Source: Candidatus Xenobia bacterium
Lineage (GTDB): Bacteria; Vulcanimicrobiota; CADAWZ01
DNA length: 45,036 bases
Assembly: GCA_031551355.1 (NCBI GenBank)
Contig: JAVBNT010000018.1
Location: 1-45,036 of the forward strand
Reading direction: 5' to 3'
Shown here: positions 18,151 through 27,734 of the stretch, one piece after another
Position numbering within the stretch: the first letter of the stretch is position 1
Layout of the letters: each line of letters starts with the position of its first letter
The notes under the pieces: generated by a model
What the model saw: only the letters and a program-made list of their open reading frames with translations
Told to the model about the DNA's origin: nothing
Database searches by the model: none
Program-made: the position numbers and the translations under genes

Positions 18151-18460
18151 CCTTCGGACACAATTGACTGCCTTTTGGTCACTGGGAAAGATAAAAGACT
18201 ACGCTCCGTTCGTCGCATTCCTGTTTGTCTTAGGTCCTTCACCTATTTGAGCGTCTCTAAAGCTATTGATAACTATAATATAATTAAGCGCGACATTTAA
18301 CGGGCTACGCCTCACTCGTCGAAATCCAAATAGCCTTAACCTACGGACACAATTGACTGCCTTTTGGTCACTGGGAAAGATAAAAGACTACGCTCCGTTC
18401 GCCGCAATCCTGTTTGTCTTAGGTCCTTCACCTATTTGAGTACCTCTATAAGCTGTTGGA
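18112..18460. repeat. Two tandem copies of a ~188-bp unit. The ~107 bp cores at 18156-18262 and 18344-18450 differ at 2 positions.
   Basis: ggacacaattgactgccttttggtcactgggaaagataaaagactacgctccgttcg(t/c)cgca(t/a)tcctgtttgtcttaggtccttcacctatttgag is repeated, and each copy is preceded by a gcgcctcactcgt-type segment. Confidence 0.65.
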
Positions 18461-18802
18461 ATTATAGTTTAGCGCTTCAGAACCATCTGATACAGCATCA
18501 TTATTTACGGTGAGCCTTAGCTCGGTCCAACTTCAGGCGGCTTGGCATCACGGGTAAAATGATTGCAGGGAAAAACGCATTGCATGAGTGGTAGACGTCT
18601 GAAGTCGCACACCTCGATTAAACTATTTCACACAAAAAACATTGTCTTGCGTCAGGTAGAATGCGAGGGGGCACGGAATTTTACCCCCCTTAATAACCTC
18701 TCCTTGGAATTTCCATTAAATAACCGCTTTAAAATATTTTTAACTAATTTTTCTTAGATTTACTAAAGTGGCGCAACTATATTAGAATTAAACAATTCGA
18801 AA

Positions 18803-19570
18803 TCAATCAATTCGGAAAAGTCTTGAGGTATTTTCCTCTACATGGCGTGCCATTTCATTCACCGGGACACCTTTGATTTCCGCCAGCTTTTCGACAACCA
18901 TCACCACATATGACGGTTCGTTCCTTTTGCCGCGGTAAGGTATCGGAGCAAGATACGGGCTGTCGGTCTCGGAGAGAATTCTGTCTATGGGGGTAATGGA
19001 GACCACATCCCTGAGTTCCTGTGCTTTAGGGAATGTGATAACCCCGGTAAAGCCAAGATAAAATCCCATCTCCAGCAAAATTTCCGCCTCCTGCCTGCTT
19101 CCTGAAAAACAATGGACTACGCCCCCAACCTCGGAGGCCCCTTCTTTGTCAAGAATATCAATCAGTTCTTTTTGCGACTCCCTTGAATGGAGAACAAGAG
19201 GCTTGCCAAGCCTTTTTGCCATTTTTATCTGTTTGATAAAAACATCGGCCTGAACGGCAGGTTCACTGAAGTTGTAGTGAAAATCAAGGCCTATTTCACC
19301 GACCGCCACAACTTTGGGATCAAGGCACATTTTTTCTATTTCATCAAGCCGGGCCTCGGAGACGCCTTTGCTATCATGAGGATGGACTCCCAAAGCGGCA
19401 AAAACCCGCTCAAACCTTTTTGCTATTTCAAGAGCCTTTACGGAAGTTATAAAATCGGAACCGGGAACAATTACCTTTTTTACACCGGCAGCCAAGCTGC
19501 GCTCAAGCATATTTTCAAAATCATCGGCAAAGGATTTATCCTGAATGTGCGCGTGTGTATCTATATACAT
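18803..19570 (-). CDS. tatD: TatD family metal-dependent hydrolase (DNase).
   Basis: MYIDTHAHI...GLDFHY...HSRE.. motifs, 255 aa. Confidence 0.85.
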   Translation of the reverse strand: MYIDTHAHIQDKSFADDFENMLERSLAAGVKKVIVPGSDFITSVKALEIAKRFERVFAALGVHPHDSKGVSEARLDEIEKMCLDPKVVAVGEIGLDFHYNFSEPAVQADVFIKQIKMAKRLGKPLVLHSRESQKELIDILDKEGASEVGGVVHCFSGSRQEAEILLEMGFYLGFTGVITFPKAQELRDVVSITPIDRILSETDSPYLAPIPYRGKRNEPSYVVMVVEKLAEIKGVPVNEMARHVEENTSRLFRID

Positions 19571-19606
19571 AATAACAGTGTCCGTTCAAATCATTTTGAT
19601 AAAAAA

Positions 19607-20698
19607 TTAACGCATATTGAGATGGTGTTCAAAAATAGAGACATTCCAGTTTCTGAAATCCTGACCTTCTCCGGCAAGCCGCAAATAAAAGTTGCCGGTC
19701 TCCCCGGGAACGATTGGGGTTCCGTCAACACCGGTAAATGTAACATTCTTACGGCCGATAATTCTTCCGTCAAGATACAAATCAAACTTTCCCACATAAA
19801 CGGAATCGATCGTATTGGAACTGCCGTTCTCAACCCTCATAACGACAAGAAGATTGTCATTGCCCTCGAGTAAGACCTTAATGACTTCAACCCTCACCCC
19901 TACTTTCAGAGGATCACCTTTGAAAGTATACCTTTTGGCATATTCTATCGCTGTGCCGGAGTCCTCAGGCGGATAACATTTCAGGAAAGACTTAAAACAG
20001 TCGGCCGCTTTCAATGAATACTCATAGGAAGTCTGGGCAAGTGAATCACAGGCCAGTCCCTTGCAGTAATAGGCCCATGCTATCGAATCGCCTATTTTGT
20101 CACCAAGCGGCACGCCTTCATAATTCGCGATGACGGTATCAAAATCAATGATAGCTCTCTCCGGCATTTTTTTCAGCAAAAATACACGGCCTCTATTCAC
20201 ATAAGCCTGGTTATTCTTGGGAGCAAGCCTGATGGCGTTATCAAAATCGGAAAGGGCAGCATCCGGCAGTCCCTGCCGGTAATAAAGTTCCCCCCGGCTG
20301 TTAAAACCTTCACTATATGAAGGGTATGCCGCCAGCAAAGTATTATAGTTCTCAAGGGCAAGACTGTTTTTCCCTTGCTTTTCATAAACTTTTCCGCGTT
20401 TGACATAGGCACTGCAAAGGGATGGCTTAAATTCAATAGCTTTAGAATAATCGGCAACCGCTAAATCAAGTTCATTTTTTTTATCATGGGCTTCCCCCCT
20501 GTGGAAATATGCCCAGGGATTTTTTGGATCCAGGGAAATAGCCTTGTCAAAAGACTTTATCGCCTCATCATATGAGTCCTTGAGCATATATTCCTCACCG
20601 CTTTTTATCAGTTCGGAAACCTTGTCCGATGGTTTAGCCGCGTAAGCGGAAGGACTTAAAAGAAAAAAAACAAAACAAATCAAAATAAAAACTCTCAT
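19607..20698 (-). CDS. Exported TPR-repeat protein.
   Basis: Signal peptide MRVFILICFVFFLLSPSAYA, several 34-aa TPR-like repeats (AYF.RG.A......A..Y) and a C-terminal ~100 aa non-TPR domain. Confidence 0.7.
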   Translation of the reverse strand: MRVFILICFVFFLLSPSAYAAKPSDKVSELIKSGEEYMLKDSYDEAIKSFDKAISLDPKNPWAYFHRGEAHDKKNELDLAVADYSKAIEFKPSLCSAYVKRGKVYEKQGKNSLALENYNTLLAAYPSYSEGFNSRGELYYRQGLPDAALSDFDNAIRLAPKNNQAYVNRGRVFLLKKMPERAIIDFDTVIANYEGVPLGDKIGDSIAWAYYCKGLACDSLAQTSYEYSLKAADCFKSFLKCYPPEDSGTAIEYAKRYTFKGDPLKVGVRVEVIKVLLEGNDNLLVVMRVENGSSNTIDSVYVGKFDLYLDGRIIGRKNVTFTGVDGTPIVPGETGNFYLRLAGEGQDFRNWNVSIFEHHLNMR

Positions 20699-20828
20699 AA
20701 AACCTACCTTCCAACATAAGTTTCATAACTGACGGTCAAACGCCGCCACTTAAATATTATCAAAAAAAGCAATGTTTGTAAACGACGCTATCACGGCGAA
20801 AAAACAGCAAAAAAAACTAAAGGGCCTA

Positions 20829-20857
20829 TTGACAATCATAAACAAATTCAATATAAT
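20829..20857 (+). promoter_or_regulatory. Consensus sigma70 promoter TTGACA-N17-TATAAT for the efflux operon.
   Basis: ttgaca at 20829-20834, a 17-bp spacer and tataat at 20852-20857. The first gene starts at 20948. Confidence 0.45.
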
Positions 20858-20865
20858 TGACCCAT

Positions 20866-20902
20866 CGGTTCAACCAATCGGTCTAACCAAAAGGTTAAAC
20901 CG
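20866..20902. promoter_or_regulatory. Imperfect inverted repeat cggttcaacc-N17-ggttaaaccg in the efflux-operon leader. Candidate operator.
   Basis: 9 of 10 positions are complementary. It lies just downstream of the predicted transcription start site. Confidence 0.25.
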
Positions 20903-20947
20903 AGCGCAAAGATAAAAGATCATTATTTCAGGACGGCAATAAACTCA

Positions 20948-22306
20948 ATGAACAATTTTATGCGGTCAGCAGTCATAGTAACAGTTGCGATATTTTTTAT
21001 CCTCTCCGCAGCGAACGGCGTTTTCGGCTCAGAGGAGAAAAAACTTGATCTCAGGGAGTGCGCGAGAACAGGAATAGAAAACAGCTTCCGCCTGCAGTCG
21101 TATGATTCAAAATCAAGATACACGGATGCAAGAGTAAAGGAAGTTAGCGCCGCAAAGAACCCGCATGTTTCCATAAACGGCTCCTCCGCTTTCCAGCAGC
21201 CGGAAGTGGCTCTGGCTCTGCAGTCTGATCCGCAGGCTCCTCCGGTTAAAGCAATAGCAATCCCCAAATGGTACCACAGCTACACGCTGGCGGTAACACA
21301 GCTCATCTCATCGTTCGGCAAAATAGAGATGAATGAAAAATATGTAAAAATGGATGAGGTACTGATAAATTTCCAGAAACAGTCGGAAACCGACAAACTG
21401 CTTTTTGACATAACCGAAGCATACTATAGGGTAATGCTTGCAAAAGAACTTCTTGACATTGCCGATGCCCAGCATCAAATGTGGCAGGAACAATATAAAA
21501 CTTCAGAATCAATGTTCAACAGAGGTGCAGTTGCAAAGTATGATCTTCTGAGAATTAAAGTCTCGCTGTCAAAATCCGAAGAAAATATAATTACCGCCCA
21601 AAAAGATCTGGAAATCGCTAAAGGAAGCCTGGAAACGTTAATGGGTGTCAAATATATATTCGACAATTCCGGCGTAATATACAATGATTTCTGGGTAAAC
21701 AAGGCAAGATTTGAACAAAATGCCGGAGAATGGAAAAAAATTGCCGCCGAACAAAACCCGGTCATCCTGCTGGGGAAAGCGGCGGTCGAACAAAGCGATT
21801 ATGCGATCGGGCTTGCCAAACTGGAAATGGCCCCTTCACTGATGTTCCAAACAGGATACGGCAGAAATTCGGCCACTTTTGCAACCGAGGACTGGTCCTG
21901 GAAAAATTCCGTTTCACTAAACCTTCCCATTGGGGACGGAGGTGAAAGAAAGGCCAAAATAGCCCAGGCCAGGGAACTTAAAACCCAGGCGCAGCTCAAT
22001 CTTGCCGACACCAACAAAAACATTATGTGGGATGTGGAAAAGGCGTGTCTGCAAATGAAGGAACTAAAGGCAAAACAGATCACTGCCGGGGAACAGCTTG
22101 AAAGTGCCAGCGAAACATTCAGGGTCGCATCACTGAGATATACATCAGGACTGGGAACAATGGTTGAACTGACCGACGCTTCCGCAAATCTTGTCACGGC
22201 ACAGTCACAGATAAAACAAATCAACTACTCTATACAAATTCAGTCGGCCATAATATCTTATTCCTGCGGGACAATTAATCAAGAAATATTCGGGAGTGCA
22301 GAATGA
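20948..22306 (+). CDS. TolC-like outer-membrane efflux protein (OMF family).
   Basis: Signal peptide, 452 aa, two internally repeated coiled-coil/beta segments. The ATGA overlap with the next gene suggests translational coupling. Confidence 0.65.
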   Translation: MNNFMRSAVIVTVAIFFILSAANGVFGSEEKKLDLRECARTGIENSFRLQSYDSKSRYTDARVKEVSAAKNPHVSINGSSAFQQPEVALALQSDPQAPPVKAIAIPKWYHSYTLAVTQLISSFGKIEMNEKYVKMDEVLINFQKQSETDKLLFDITEAYYRVMLAKELLDIADAQHQMWQEQYKTSESMFNRGAVAKYDLLRIKVSLSKSEENIITAQKDLEIAKGSLETLMGVKYIFDNSGVIYNDFWVNKARFEQNAGEWKKIAAEQNPVILLGKAAVEQSDYAIGLAKLEMAPSLMFQTGYGRNSATFATEDWSWKNSVSLNLPIGDGGERKAKIAQARELKTQAQLNLADTNKNIMWDVEKACLQMKELKAKQITAGEQLESASETFRVASLRYTSGLGTMVELTDASANLVTAQSQIKQINYSIQIQSAIISYSCGTINQEIFGSAE

Positions 22307-23475
22307 AAAAAATAATACCTGTAATCTTAATCATAACAATAATCGGCGTAGCGATATATTTTGCCAACACCGCCGGGAATAAAAAAAACAATCAAAACGC
22401 AGTTGAAATATCCGGAACCATTGAAGTCACGGAAACAAATGCCAGTTTCCAGATCCCCGGAAGAATAATAAAACTTATTCCCCAGGAGGGCGACGCGGTA
22501 AAAGAAGGCGAACTGATTGGCATTCTCGATGACACCGATATAAATCAGTCGATAAAAGTCGCACAAGCCGCCAAAGATACGCTTACCAGCCAGATTCCGC
22601 AGCTGGAAACGAAAATAATCACCTCCGAAACGGAAGAGTTGAGACAATTAAAAACTGCCGAAGCGCAAATCGAAGAGGCAATGTTCAGTTGGGAAAGCAT
22701 AAAAAAGGGCACCAGAACCGAAGAAATTGAGAAAAGCAGACACGCTGTCCGGCAGGCAAAAAATGTAATGGAAAACAGCAAAAAAGATTATGAAAGAGCC
22801 GAAGGACTTTATCGGGACGGTGCGATGGCCGCCCAACAGCGAGACAGTATGAAAACCAACTATCTTACCTCGGTAGAACAGCACAAACAGGCAACGCAAG
22901 TTTACAAACTGGCACTTGCCGGGCCCCGTCAGGAAGATATTGATGCCGCGCAGGCAAGGGTAAAACAGACGCAGGCCAATTATGAACTGATAAAAACAAA
23001 ATCACTGCAAACCAAACAGCTGAAGCAGCAGCGCGATATACTCGCATCACAGATAAAGCAGTCGGAAGAATCAATAAAACAGTCGGAAATACAGAAAACG
23101 CACACCAATCTGTATTCGCCGATCACCGGCACAGTGCTATTGCGCCCCAGAGAACCGGGCGAAGTTGTTGCCGCCGGAAGCACGGTATTGACGCTTGCCG
23201 ATATCTCGGACGTATATCTCAAGGCATATGTATCCGAAACGGATCTGGGTAAAGTAAAAATAGGACAAACCGTAAAAGTAATAACGGATACATTCCCCGG
23301 TAAAACCTATTCGGGAAAAATATATTACATTTCCGATGAAGCCGAATTTACGCCAAAAAACCTCACAACAAAAGAAGACCGGGTTAAACTCGTATACAGG
23401 ATAAAAATAAACCTGGAAAATTCCAGCCATGAGCTGAAACCGGGAATGATTGCAGACGGAGTTATAGACCTATAA
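22303..23475 (+). CDS. HlyD-family periplasmic adaptor (membrane fusion protein).
   Basis: N-terminal TM helix, long coiled coil and a C-terminal beta-barrel. TAATG overlap with the first ATPase gene. Confidence 0.8.
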   Translation: MKKIIPVILIITIIGVAIYFANTAGNKKNNQNAVEISGTIEVTETNASFQIPGRIIKLIPQEGDAVKEGELIGILDDTDINQSIKVAQAAKDTLTSQIPQLETKIITSETEELRQLKTAEAQIEEAMFSWESIKKGTRTEEIEKSRHAVRQAKNVMENSKKDYERAEGLYRDGAMAAQQRDSMKTNYLTSVEQHKQATQVYKLALAGPRQEDIDAAQARVKQTQANYELIKTKSLQTKQLKQQRDILASQIKQSEESIKQSEIQKTHTNLYSPITGTVLLRPREPGEVVAAGSTVLTLADISDVYLKAYVSETDLGKVKIGQTVKVITDTFPGKTYSGKIYYISDEAEFTPKNLTTKEDRVKLVYRIKINLENSSHELKPGMIADGVIDL

Positions 23476-24407
23476 TGAGAGATGAATCGCCATACACCAT
23501 CAGTGTAAAAAATCTTTCAAAAAAATTTAAAACAACAAAGGCCCTGTCGGATATCAATTTTTCCGTTAAAAAAGGCGAGCTTTTCGGGGTTCTCGGCCCG
23601 GACGGAGCCGGAAAAACAACGCTTTGCAGAATTTTGGCCGGCATAATGACCCCTACTTCCGGCAATGTAACCATAAACGGGCTTGATATCGTCAAAGACA
23701 GTGAAAAAATAAAGACCTTTACCGGATATATGCCGCGTGACTACGGTCTTTACGGAGATCTGTCGGTAGAGGAAAACATCACTTTTTATGCCGATATTTT
23801 CAGAGTTTCCCAGCAGGAAAGAAAAGATAAAATGGACAGTATCCTGGAAATAACCGGTATGTCACAGTTTAAAAAAAGAGTTTCAGGCTTCCTTTCCGGA
23901 GGGATGAAACAAAAACTCCAACTGGCCTGCGCGCTTATACATACTCCCGAGTTCCTTATTCTTGATGAACCGACATACGGCGTTGATCCCGTTTCGAGAA
24001 GGGAATTTTGGAAGATGCTGCTGACACTGCTGCAGGACGGATTGACGATCGTCGTCTCGACGTCATACATGGATGAAGCCGAGAGATGCAACCGCATAGC
24101 CCTTCTCCACTCCGGCAGCGTCCTCAAACTTGACAGACCGGAAAAAATCATCGAATCGCTTCCCGGGAAAATGATCGAACTGTCGTGCAAAGGCTCATTG
24201 ACGGCAGCCGAAAAGCTCGAACAGATTAAAGATATCAGAAAAGTAACGCTTTACGGGGAAACACTGCACGTTCTGATGAATCCCGGTGCGGACGAAAGTA
24301 TCATCGCCAAAATTCTGGGTCAGGAAAACATCACCCATATGGCCGGGATATCCCCCTCCCTTGAAGACAGTTTTATATTCCTTGTGGAGGCGAAGAATGA
24401 ACAATGA
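23475..24407 (+). CDS. ABC transporter ATP-binding protein 1 (ABC-2 type).
   Basis: Walker A GPDGAGKTT, signature LSGGMKQKLQLACAL, Walker B LILDEPTYGVD. Confidence 0.9.
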   Translation: MRDESPYTISVKNLSKKFKTTKALSDINFSVKKGELFGVLGPDGAGKTTLCRILAGIMTPTSGNVTINGLDIVKDSEKIKTFTGYMPRDYGLYGDLSVEENITFYADIFRVSQQERKDKMDSILEITGMSQFKKRVSGFLSGGMKQKLQLACALIHTPEFLILDEPTYGVDPVSRREFWKMLLTLLQDGLTIVVSTSYMDEAERCNRIALLHSGSVLKLDRPEKIIESLPGKMIELSCKGSLTAAEKLEQIKDIRKVTLYGETLHVLMNPGADESIIAKILGQENITHMAGISPSLEDSFIFLVEAKNEQ

Positions 24408-25323
24408 ATATGCCATCAACGTAGAAGGCCTGACTAAAAAATTCGGCAGCTTTACGGCCGTGGATAATCTCTCGTTCAACGTCCGCAAAGGCGAAATATT
24501 CGGTTTTCTCGGGCCCAACGGAGCAGGCAAATCCACAACCATAAGAATGTTGTGCGGCCTGATAAAGCCGACTTTCTCAAAAGGCAATGTCGGCGGTTTC
24601 GACATCATGACCCGTTTTGAAGAAATAAAAAAACACATCGGTTATATGTCGCAAAAGTTCTCGCTTTACCAGGATTTAACAGTAGAAGAGAATATGACGT
24701 TTTTTGCCGGAGCTTACGGAGTTGACCGGAAAATATTGGGTGAAAGAATAAATGAGCTGCTGGAAATGGTCGGTATGACGGAAAAACGCGATATGCTGAC
24801 GTCGCTGCTGACCGGCGGCTGGAGGCAAAGGCTGGCACTTGCGTGTGCCCTGGTGCATAATCCGCCGCTGATATTCCTGGATGAACCGACATCAGGTGTA
24901 GACCCCATATCTCGGCGCGATTTCTGGAATACAATTCAGGAGCTTAGCAAAAAGGGGATCACAACACTTGTTACCACTCATTATATGGAAGAAGCGGAAT
25001 ACTGTGAGAGGCTGATTCTGATCTCGGCAGGCAAGCTGATCGCCCATGGAACGCCTGCCGAACTAAAAAATTCTTTTGAGTATGACATTTATTATGCAGA
25101 ATGCGCAGATATCGTAAAAGGAATGGAAATACTGCAGAATTCCGGCGAGTTTGTCGATGTATCGTTATGGAATATAGGACTGCATGTCGTATCCTCAAAG
25201 GCTATTGACGGCAGGAAAAAAATTACGGAAATCCTCGAGAAAAACGGTATAAAAGTTTCAACGATAAAACCTTCACGGGTATCACTGGAAGACGTCTTTG
25301 TATACAGAGTAAAAGATAACTGA
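24397..25323 (+). CDS. ABC transporter ATP-binding protein 2 (ABC-2 type).
   Basis: Start is at the MNNEYAINVEGL Met (the longer ORF beginning at 24286 is spurious). Walker A GPNGAGKST, signature LTGGWRQRLALACAL, Walker B IFLDEPTSGVD. Confidence 0.88.
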   Translation: MNNEYAINVEGLTKKFGSFTAVDNLSFNVRKGEIFGFLGPNGAGKSTTIRMLCGLIKPTFSKGNVGGFDIMTRFEEIKKHIGYMSQKFSLYQDLTVEENMTFFAGAYGVDRKILGERINELLEMVGMTEKRDMLTSLLTGGWRQRLALACALVHNPPLIFLDEPTSGVDPISRRDFWNTIQELSKKGITTLVTTHYMEEAEYCERLILISAGKLIAHGTPAELKNSFEYDIYYAECADIVKGMEILQNSGEFVDVSLWNIGLHVVSSKAIDGRKKITEILEKNGIKVSTIKPSRVSLEDVFVYRVKDN

Positions 25324-25331
25324 GGTAAATT

Positions 25332-26468
25332 TTGAACTTAACCAGACTATACGCGATAATTAAAAAAGAAATAAGGCATATATTGAGGGATCCGAGAAGC
25401 CTGATCACCGCAATAGTACTGCCGATATGCCTGATGTTTGCCTACTGCAGCTCCCTAAGTCTTGATGTCGACAATTTACCGATGGTCGTAATTGATTATG
25501 ACAAAACGACGGAAAGCAGAGATCTGATCAACCGCTTTACATCTTCGGGATATTTTTATGTAACCGAATACGCGGAAAATTACCGGCAAATGCAGCATTC
25601 AATAGACACGGACCAAAGTGTGATCGGCATCACAATCCCGCGCGACTTTTCAAAAAAACTGAAGGCAGGCGGCAGCAATATTCCCGTGCAGATAATGGTT
25701 GACGGTACCGATCCCAACCGCGGCGGTATCGGTTCCAACTATGCCTCGATGATAACGCAAAAATTTGCGCTCGACACACTTAAAACAAAAATGACCGCTC
25801 TCGGCATGGTCTCGCCGTCCGAAGGGGTGGAAACGCAATTGCGAATCTGGTACAATCCTTCACTCCGGAGCACCAACGATCTGATTCCCGGACTGATTGC
25901 CCTGATAATGGCCGTCCTTGCCGCGATGCTGACATCAACGACCGTAGCCAAGGAATGGGAAAACGGCACCATGGAACTGCTGATATCGACTCCCGTTTCA
26001 GCGGCGGAAATAATAACCGGCAAGTTTATCCCCTACTTCATTATCGGGTTATTCGACACCGTATTACTGATACTTTTAGGATATTATGCCTACAATGTGC
26101 CGATCAAAGGCAGTCTGCTGCTGCTGGCAATCGTAATAGTCGTTTTTCTGTCCGGCGTACTGATGCTGGGAATAACGATCTCGACAATATTAAGGTCTTC
26201 ACTGGCGTCAAACCTGGTTTCAATGATGCTGATGTTCCTGCCGACGATGCTGCTGTCGGGGTTTATTTTCTTCATACCGGCGATGCCGGAATTTCTTCAG
26301 GCCGTTTCGACAATAGTACCGGCCAAATACTTTATTGAATGCAGCAGGGGAATATACGCCAAAGCGACCGGATTCAACTTCCTGGCTTTCAACATTTTCA
26401 TGTTATTACTTTTCAATATCGTAATTTTTGCGGCGGCAAAATTTAAGTTTAAAAAGACACTGGATTGA
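25332..26468 (+). CDS. ABC-2 family transporter permease 1.
   Basis: TTG start 8 nt after the ribosome-binding site gagg. An N-terminal TM helix, a large periplasmic loop and 5 C-terminal TM segments. Confidence 0.75.
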   Translation: MNLTRLYAIIKKEIRHILRDPRSLITAIVLPICLMFAYCSSLSLDVDNLPMVVIDYDKTTESRDLINRFTSSGYFYVTEYAENYRQMQHSIDTDQSVIGITIPRDFSKKLKAGGSNIPVQIMVDGTDPNRGGIGSNYASMITQKFALDTLKTKMTALGMVSPSEGVETQLRIWYNPSLRSTNDLIPGLIALIMAVLAAMLTSTTVAKEWENGTMELLISTPVSAAEIITGKFIPYFIIGLFDTVLLILLGYYAYNVPIKGSLLLLAIVIVVFLSGVLMLGITISTILRSSLASNLVSMMLMFLPTMLLSGFIFFIPAMPEFLQAVSTIVPAKYFIECSRGIYAKATGFNFLAFNIFMLLLFNIVIFAAAKFKFKKTLD

Positions 26469-26471
26469 CAA

Positions 26472-27590
26472 ATGATAAAAAGATTAATTGCCCTGGTACA
26501 AAAAGAATTTAAACAGCTAAGAAGAAACCCGCTGATCCTCAGAATGGTTGTCCTCTTGCCGGTTATGCAATTGGCCATTTTCGGATACGCCGCCGTCCTG
26601 GAAGTAAACAATATCAATATCGCCATACTTGACAAGGACAATTCCCAATGGTCAAGAGAGCTAAGGGGAACTTTTGAATCTTCCAACTATTTTGTTCTGC
26701 AGCCGGACCTGAAAACTGAAAACGACGTTCCTACCCTTTTTAATAAAAATAAAATCCAACTGGCAGTAATTATACCGCCTGATTTCGGCAGAAAAATAGA
26801 AAAAGGCGAAAAAGCAACGGTTCAACTGCTGCTTGACGGAACCAACAGCAGTGTGGCAAACGCCGCCGCCGGTTACTCATCCGGATGTATCGCGGCAATG
26901 AATTCAAGAGTCATAAGTTCAAGGACCGGCAACAGTTCACAATCTACCGGCATTACAGTGGAAAACCGTTTCCTTTACAATCCGTCACTGAACAACAAAT
27001 TTTTCTTCATTCCCGGTGTGTTTGCGATGATCGTAATGGTAATAGGCATGCCGGTAACGGCTATGTCAATTGTCAGGGAAAAAGAAGAAGGTACTTACGA
27101 ACAGCTGGTTGTAACGCCCATCGGGCCGATAGAACTGATTCTCGGCAAGGTAATTCCTTACACGATACTGATACTTATCGCTTCCACGATACTGCTGCTG
27201 ATATCGTTATTCTGGTTTGGCCTGCCCTTAAGAGGTAGTTTGTTTATGCTGTATCTTGGTATACTGCTATTTTTGCTTAATGTGCTGGGATTGGGAATTT
27301 TTGTATCGACGATCTCCAACAACCAGCAGCAGGCGATGCTGACAAGCTTCTTCATCTTAATGCCGGCAATACTTTTTTCCGGATTTATGTTCCCAATCGA
27401 CAATATGCCGCCTTTTTTCAAAGGTTTTGCCCACATAAACCCGATGACTCACTTTTTATATCTGGCACGCCATATCTTCCTGAAAGGAAGCGACTGGCTC
27501 GATGTGATGAAGTATATCTCGGCCCTGACGATAAGCGGCGTGATCATTTTCGGAACGAGTATGTCGATGGTCCGCAAACGCGCCAACTAA
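26472..27590 (+). CDS. ABC-2 family transporter permease 2.
   Basis: Paralogous architecture to the previous gene (YbhS/YbhR-like pair). Confidence 0.8.
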   Translation: MIKRLIALVQKEFKQLRRNPLILRMVVLLPVMQLAIFGYAAVLEVNNINIAILDKDNSQWSRELRGTFESSNYFVLQPDLKTENDVPTLFNKNKIQLAVIIPPDFGRKIEKGEKATVQLLLDGTNSSVANAAAGYSSGCIAAMNSRVISSRTGNSSQSTGITVENRFLYNPSLNNKFFFIPGVFAMIVMVIGMPVTAMSIVREKEEGTYEQLVVTPIGPIELILGKVIPYTILILIASTILLLISLFWFGLPLRGSLFMLYLGILLFLLNVLGLGIFVSTISNNQQQAMLTSFFILMPAILFSGFMFPIDNMPPFFKGFAHINPMTHFLYLARHIFLKGSDWLDVMKYISALTISGVIIFGTSMSMVRKRAN

Positions 27591-27594
27591 CCCA

Positions 27595-27727
27595 AATCCG
27601 CTGAAACAGGCGAATCTGCGTCGTCAAATTGAATATTCGCTCGCTCAACGCAGTCTGGCTGCGCCTCGCTTGTCGAAATTCAATTTGCCATAGCATCTCC
27701 GCCTGTTTCAGCGGATTTGTTTTTTTA
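27595..27727. repeat. Repeat family member with 19-bp terminal inverted repeats, aaatccgctgaaacaggcg / cgcctgtttcagcggattt, followed by gttttttt.
   Basis: Core ctcaacgcagtctggctgcgcctcgcttgtcgaaattcaatttgcc is related to 18098-18130 and 18306-18336. Likely also acts as a terminator for the efflux operon. Confidence 0.55.
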
Positions 27728-27734
27728 GATGTAA

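Noticed and set aside
18563-18757. 64-aa plus-strand ORF in the speE-tatD intergenic region.
   Set aside because: No RBS, low-complexity translation, and it overlaps hairpin structures (agggggcac...gtgccccct).
24286-24396. Long N-terminal extension of the second ABC ATPase ORF (MRTKVSSPKFW...).
   Set aside because: It lies entirely within the upstream ATPase gene in another frame. The Met at 24397 (MNNEYAINVEGL) fits the conserved ABC N-terminus.
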